From positions 930,001 through 994,000 of the forward strand of contig CP154954.1 of the NCBI GenBank assembly GCA_039621445.1: a DNA stretch of 64,000 nucleotides, written 5' to 3'. The stretch comes from Euglena gracilis (taxonomy: Eukaryota). The position numbers were made by a program, and so were the translations under genes. A model generated the notes under the pieces. That model worked only from the letters and a program-made list of their open reading frames with translations, ran no database searches and was not told the DNA's origin. Positions 58,757 to 64,000 of this stretch are shown piece after piece; positions within the stretch are counted from its first letter, which is position 1, and each line of letters starts with the position of its first letter.

Positions 58757-60677
58757 GTTCAAATGAACAAGGGCTTATGCGGGATTGCTTGGCATTTAGA
58801 GTCGAAGAAGGGCGTAGAAATTAACGATATGCTTTAGGGAGCTAAAGACGAGCTTTAATCTAAAGATTCCCGAATGGGGCAACCTATTACTTTAACATTA
58901 CAATGAAATGGTATACAAATAATGTAGAGAACTTGGTGAACTGAAACATCTTAGTAGCCGAAGGAAAAGAAAGCAAAAGCGATTTTCTTATTAGTGGCGA
59001 GCTAACGGAAATCAGCCTAAACCTTTATGGGTGTTGTGGGTATATTATAATTACTGAAAAAGATAGAGAATTTGTTGAAAACAAAATCAAAGAGGGTTTT
59101 AAATCCCGTATTTGTTTTTAAAAAGTAATTTTTGATTTTCCCGAGTAGCATAGAGCACGTGGAATTCTGTGTGAATCAGCGAGGACCATCTCGTAAGGCT
59201 AAATACTCCTAAATGACCGATAGTGTACGAGTACCGTGAGGGAAAGCTGAAATAGAACACTGAGAAGTGAGTGAAATAGAATATGAAAGCATAAGTTTAC
59301 AAGCAGTAGGAGATCTATTTAAAGATTGACTGTGTGCCTGTTGAAGAATGAGCCGGCGACTTATAGGTGATGGCAAGGTTAAGGTTTTTCCGGAGCCATA
59401 GTGAAATCGAGCTTAAATAAAGCGAAAAACTTTCTTCTTGAAAGTTTATGTCATTGCTTATAGACCCGAACCCAGGTGATCTAATCATGGTCAGGTTGAA
59501 GTTTTGGTAAAACAGAATGGAGGACCGAACCCACCAATGTTGAAAAATTGGGGGATGAACTGTGATTAGGGGAGAAATTCCAATCGAACTTGGAGCTAGC
59601 TGGATCTCTTCGAAATGCGTTGAGGCGCAGCGTTTAATTATGGTAAACATTAGGGGTAAAGCACTGTTTCGATGCGGGCTATGAAAATGGTACCAAGTTG
59701 TGGCAAACTCTGAATACTAAGTTATATTTCAATTAATCAGTGAGACAGTGGGGGATAAGCTTCATTGTCAAGAGGGAAACAGCCCAGATCACTACTTAAG
59801 GCCCCTAAATAATTACTAAGTGGTAAAGGATGTACTATTACATAGACAACCAGGAGGTTGGCTTAGAAGCAGCCATTCCTTTAAAAAGTGCGTAATAGCT
59901 TACTGGTCAAGTGATAGTGCGCCGAAAATGAACGGGACTAAGTAATTTGCCGAAGGTGTGAGAGAAATCGGTAGAAGAGCGTTCTGTGTTGAAGAGAAGG
60001 AATAGTGAAAATAGTTCTGGATTAAACAGAAGTGAGAATGTCGGCTTAAGTAACGAAAACATTGGTGAAAATCCTATGCTCCGAAAACCTAAGGTTTCCT
60101 TAGCCAGGTTCGTCCTCTAAGGGTTAGTCAGGTCCTAAAATAAGGTTTAACAACGTAAATTGATGGATGACAGGTTAATATTCCTGTACCGAATGCTCAC
60201 TTGTAAGGAGTGACGAAAAAGGCTAGATCGGCCACGTGATGGTTTGTGGTTTAAGGGTTCAAGAGGTATCAAATATTAAAAAAAATATTTTGTCTTAAGG
60301 CCTGAATAGTATAAATACTACGGTATTGAAAGTGATTGATGTCATGTTTCCAAGAAAAACTTTTGTTTATGTATAGTGAGCTCGCCTGTACCGTAAACTG
60401 ACACAGGTAGGTTAGTAGAATATACTAAGGAGCGCGAGATAACTCTTTCTAAGGAACTCGGCAAAATGACTTCGTAACTTCGGAAGAAGAAGTACCTCTA
60501 ATGAGGTGGCAGAAAAGAGGTCCAAGCGACTGCTTACCAAAAGCACAGGTCTCCGCGAAGTTGAAAAACGATGTATGGGGGCCGAGGCCTGCTCAGTGCA
60601 GGAAGGTTAAAGAAATTGGTTAGCGTAAGCAAAGCTAGTGACTGAAGCCCCTGTGAACAGCGGCAATAACTATAATT

Positions 60678-60730
<53 letters not shown>

Positions 60731-61217
60731 TTAACGATTTGGACACTGTCTCAGAAAGAGACTCGGTGAAATAGAATTGACTGTGAAGATGCGGTCTACT
60801 TGCACTTGGACAGAAAGACCCTATGAAGCTTTACTGTATCCTGAAATTGGTTTCGGGCTTTTTTGCGCAGAATAGGTGGGAGGCTATGATCTTGTCTTTT
60901 GGGATACGGGGAGCCGAAAAATGAGATACCACTCTGAGAAAGCTAGAAATCTAATCTTAATCTTATGTACAATCATGATAATTGACAGTTTCAGGTGGGC
61001 AGTTTTACTGGGGCGGTAGCCTCCTAAAAAGTAACGGAGGCGTACAAAGGTTTTCTCAGGCTAGACGGAAATTAGTTGTGGAGTGTAAAGGCATAAGAAA
61101 GCTTGACTGTGAGACTTATAAGTCAAACAGAGACTAAAGTCGGTCTTAGTGACCCGACGGTGCTGTATGGAAAGGCCGTCGTAAACAGATAAAAGTTACT
61201 CTAGGGATAACAGGCTG

Positions 61218-61277
<60 letters not shown>

Positions 61278-61294
61278 ACCTGGGGCGGTAGTAC

Positions 61295-61329
<35 letters not shown>

Positions 61330-61462
61330 TACGTGAGCTGGGTTCAGAACGTCGAGAGACAGTTCGGTCCATATCCGGTGTGAGCGTTAGAGTATTGAAA
61401 GGCGCTTTCCTTAGTACGAGAGGACCGGGAAGGACGCACCACTGAGGTACCAGTTTTTGTGC
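58757..61462 (+). rRNA. rrl: 23S rRNA, operon 3, truncated ~180 nt before its 3' end
   Basis: Matches other copies up to CAGTTTTTGTGC, then switches to the inverted copy. Confidence 0.93.
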
Positions 61463-61567
61463 GTCCTTCCCGGTCCTCTCGTACTAAGGAAAGCGCCTTT
61501 CAATACTCTAACGCTCACACCGATATGGACCGAACTGTCTCTCGACGTTCTGAACCCAGCTCACGTA

Positions 61568-61602
<35 letters not shown>

Positions 61603-61619
61603 GTACTACCGCCCCAGGT

Positions 61620-61679
<60 letters not shown>

Positions 61680-62167
61680 CAGCCTGTTATCCCTAGAGTA
61701 ACTTTTATCTGTTTACGACGGCCTTTCCATACAGCACCGTCGGGTCACTAAGACCGACTTTAGTCTCTGTTTGACTTATAAGTCTCACAGTCAAGCTTTC
61801 TTATGCCTTTACACTCCACAACTAATTTCCGTCTAGCCTGAGAAAACCTTTGTACGCCTCCGTTACTTTTTAGGAGGCTACCGCCCCAGTAAAACTGCCC
61901 ACCTGAAACTGTCAATTATCATGATTGTACATAAGATTAAGATTAGATTTCTAGCTTTCTCAGAGTGGTATCTCATTTTTCGGCTCCCCGTATCCCAAAA
62001 GACAAGATCATAGCCTCCCACCTATTCTGCGCAAAAAAAGCCCGAAACCAATTTCAGGATACAGTAAAGCTTCATAGGGTCTTTCTGTCCAAGTGCAAGT
62101 AGACCGCATCTTCACAGTCAATTCTATTTCACCGAGTCTCTTTCTGAGACAGTGTCCAAATCGTTAA

Positions 62168-62220
<53 letters not shown>

Positions 62221-64000
62221 AATTATAGTTATTGCCGCTGTTCACAGGGGCTTCAGTCACTAGCTTTGCTTACGCTAACCAATTTCTTTAACCTTCCTGC
62301 ACTGAGCAGGCCTCGGCCCCCATACATCGTTTTTCAACTTCGCGGAGACCTGTGCTTTTGGTAAGCAGTCGCTTGGACCTCTTTTCTGCCACCTCATTAG
62401 AGGTACTTCTTCTTCCGAAGTTACGAAGTCATTTTGCCGAGTTCCTTAGAAAGAGTTATCTCGCGCTCCTTAGTATATTCTACTAACCTACCTGTGTCAG
62501 TTTACGGTACAGGCGAGCTCACTATACATAAACAAAAGTTTTTCTTGGAAACATGACATCAATCACTTTCAATACCGTAGTATTTATACTATTCAGGCCT
62601 TAAGACAAAATATTTTTTTTAATATTTGATACCTCTTGAACCCTTAAACCACAAACCATCACGTGGCCGATCTAGCCTTTTTCGTCACTCCTTACAAGTG
62701 AGCATTCGGTACAGGAATATTAACCTGTCATCCATCAATTTACGTTGTTAAACCTTATTTTAGGACCTGACTAACCCTTAGAGGACGAACCTGGCTAAGG
62801 AAACCTTAGGTTTTCGGAGCATAGGATTTTCACCAATGTTTTCGTTACTTAAGCCGACATTCTCACTTCTGTTTAATCCAGAACTATTTTCACTATTCCT
62901 TCTCTTCAACACAGAACGCTCTTCTACCGATTTCTCTCACACCTTCGGCAAATTACTTAGTCCCGTTCATTTTCGGCGCACTATCACTTGACCAGTAAGC
63001 TATTACGCACTTTTTAAAGGAATGGCTGCTTCTAAGCCAACCTCCTGGTTGTCTATGTAATAGTACATCCTTTACCACTTAGTAATTATTTAGGGGCCTT
63101 AAGTAGTGATCTGGGCTGTTTCCCTCTTGACAATGAAGCTTATCCCCCACTGTCTCACTGATTAATTGAAATATAACTTAGTATTCAGAGTTTGCCACAA
63201 CTTGGTACCATTTTCATAGCCCGCATCGAAACAGTGCTTTACCCCTAATGTTTACCATAATTAAACGCTGCGCCTCAACGCATTTCGAAGAGATCCAGCT
63301 AGCTCCAAGTTCGATTGGAATTTCTCCCCTAATCACAGTTCATCCCCCAATTTTTCAACATTGGTGGGTTCGGTCCTCCATTCTGTTTTACCAAAACTTC
63401 AACCTGACCATGATTAGATCACCTGGGTTCGGGTCTATAAGCAATGACATAAACTTTCAAGAAGAAAGTTTTTCGCTTTATTTAAGCTCGATTTCACTAT
63501 GGCTCCGGAAAAACCTTAACCTTGCCATCACCTATAAGTCGCCGGCTCATTCTTCAACAGGCACACAGTCAATCTTTAAATAGATCTCCTACTGCTTGTA
63601 AACTTATGCTTTCATATTCTATTTCACTCACTTCTCAGTGTTCTATTTCAGCTTTCCCTCACGGTACTCGTACACTATCGGTCATTTAGGAGTATTTAGC
63701 CTTACGAGATGGTCCTCGCTGATTCACACAGAATTCCACGTGCTCTATGCTACTCGGGAAAATCAAAAATTACTTTTTAAAAACAAATACGGGATTTAAA
63801 ACCCTCTTTGATTTTGTTTTCAACAAATTCTCTATCTTTTTCAGTAATTATAATATACCCACAACACCCATAAAGGTTTAGGCTGATTTCCGTTAGCTCG
63901 CCACTAATAAGAAAATCGCTTTTGCTTTCTTTTCCTTCGGCTACTAAGATGTTTCAGTTCACCAAGTTCTCTACATTATTTGTATACCATTTCATTGTAA
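61459..64000 (-). rRNA. rrl: Inverted (fold-back) partial 23S rRNA mirroring 58898-61439
   Basis: Reverse complement of the preceding 23S up to the window end. Confidence 0.93.

Noticed and set aside
45992-63583. ORFs overlapping 16S and 23S copies on either strand
   Set aside because: Shadow frames of rRNA genes, repeated in each operon

Overview
This window is part of a euglenoid chloroplast genome. Gene content, intron pattern and rDNA layout match Euglena gracilis. Left part (1-36 kb): psaA 5' end, trnK, petG, trnD, psbI, rpl20-rps12-rps7-tufA-ycf4, a tRNA cluster, psbK-ycf12-psaM-trnR, and the intron-rich psbD-psbC-trnL-psbA block on the minus strand (group II/III introns, twintrons, intron-encoded maturase-like ORFs), then chlI and trnL(CAA). 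Middle part (36-45 kb): an accessory region around a ~54-bp AT-rich VNTR (likely replication-origin region) with orphan ORFs and a ~915-bp direct repeat. Right part (45-64 kb): three tandem ~5.92-kb rRNA operons; the third breaks off in 23S and folds back into an inverted copy. The most notable observation is that two ORFs beside the VNTR look like rolling-circle HUH Rep proteins of CRESS-DNA virus/plasmid type: a disrupted geminivirus-like Rep (~44.09-45.0 kb) and an open ORF351 whose N-terminus resembles a catalytically dead circovirus/nanovirus-like Rep domain. ORF380 also has an inverted pseudogene paralog across the VNTR. These homologies were recognised by eye and need HMM or structure confirmation. 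Several anomalies (garbled psbA 5' end, homopolymer frameshifts in mat2, the terminal fold-back) may be long-read assembly artefacts.
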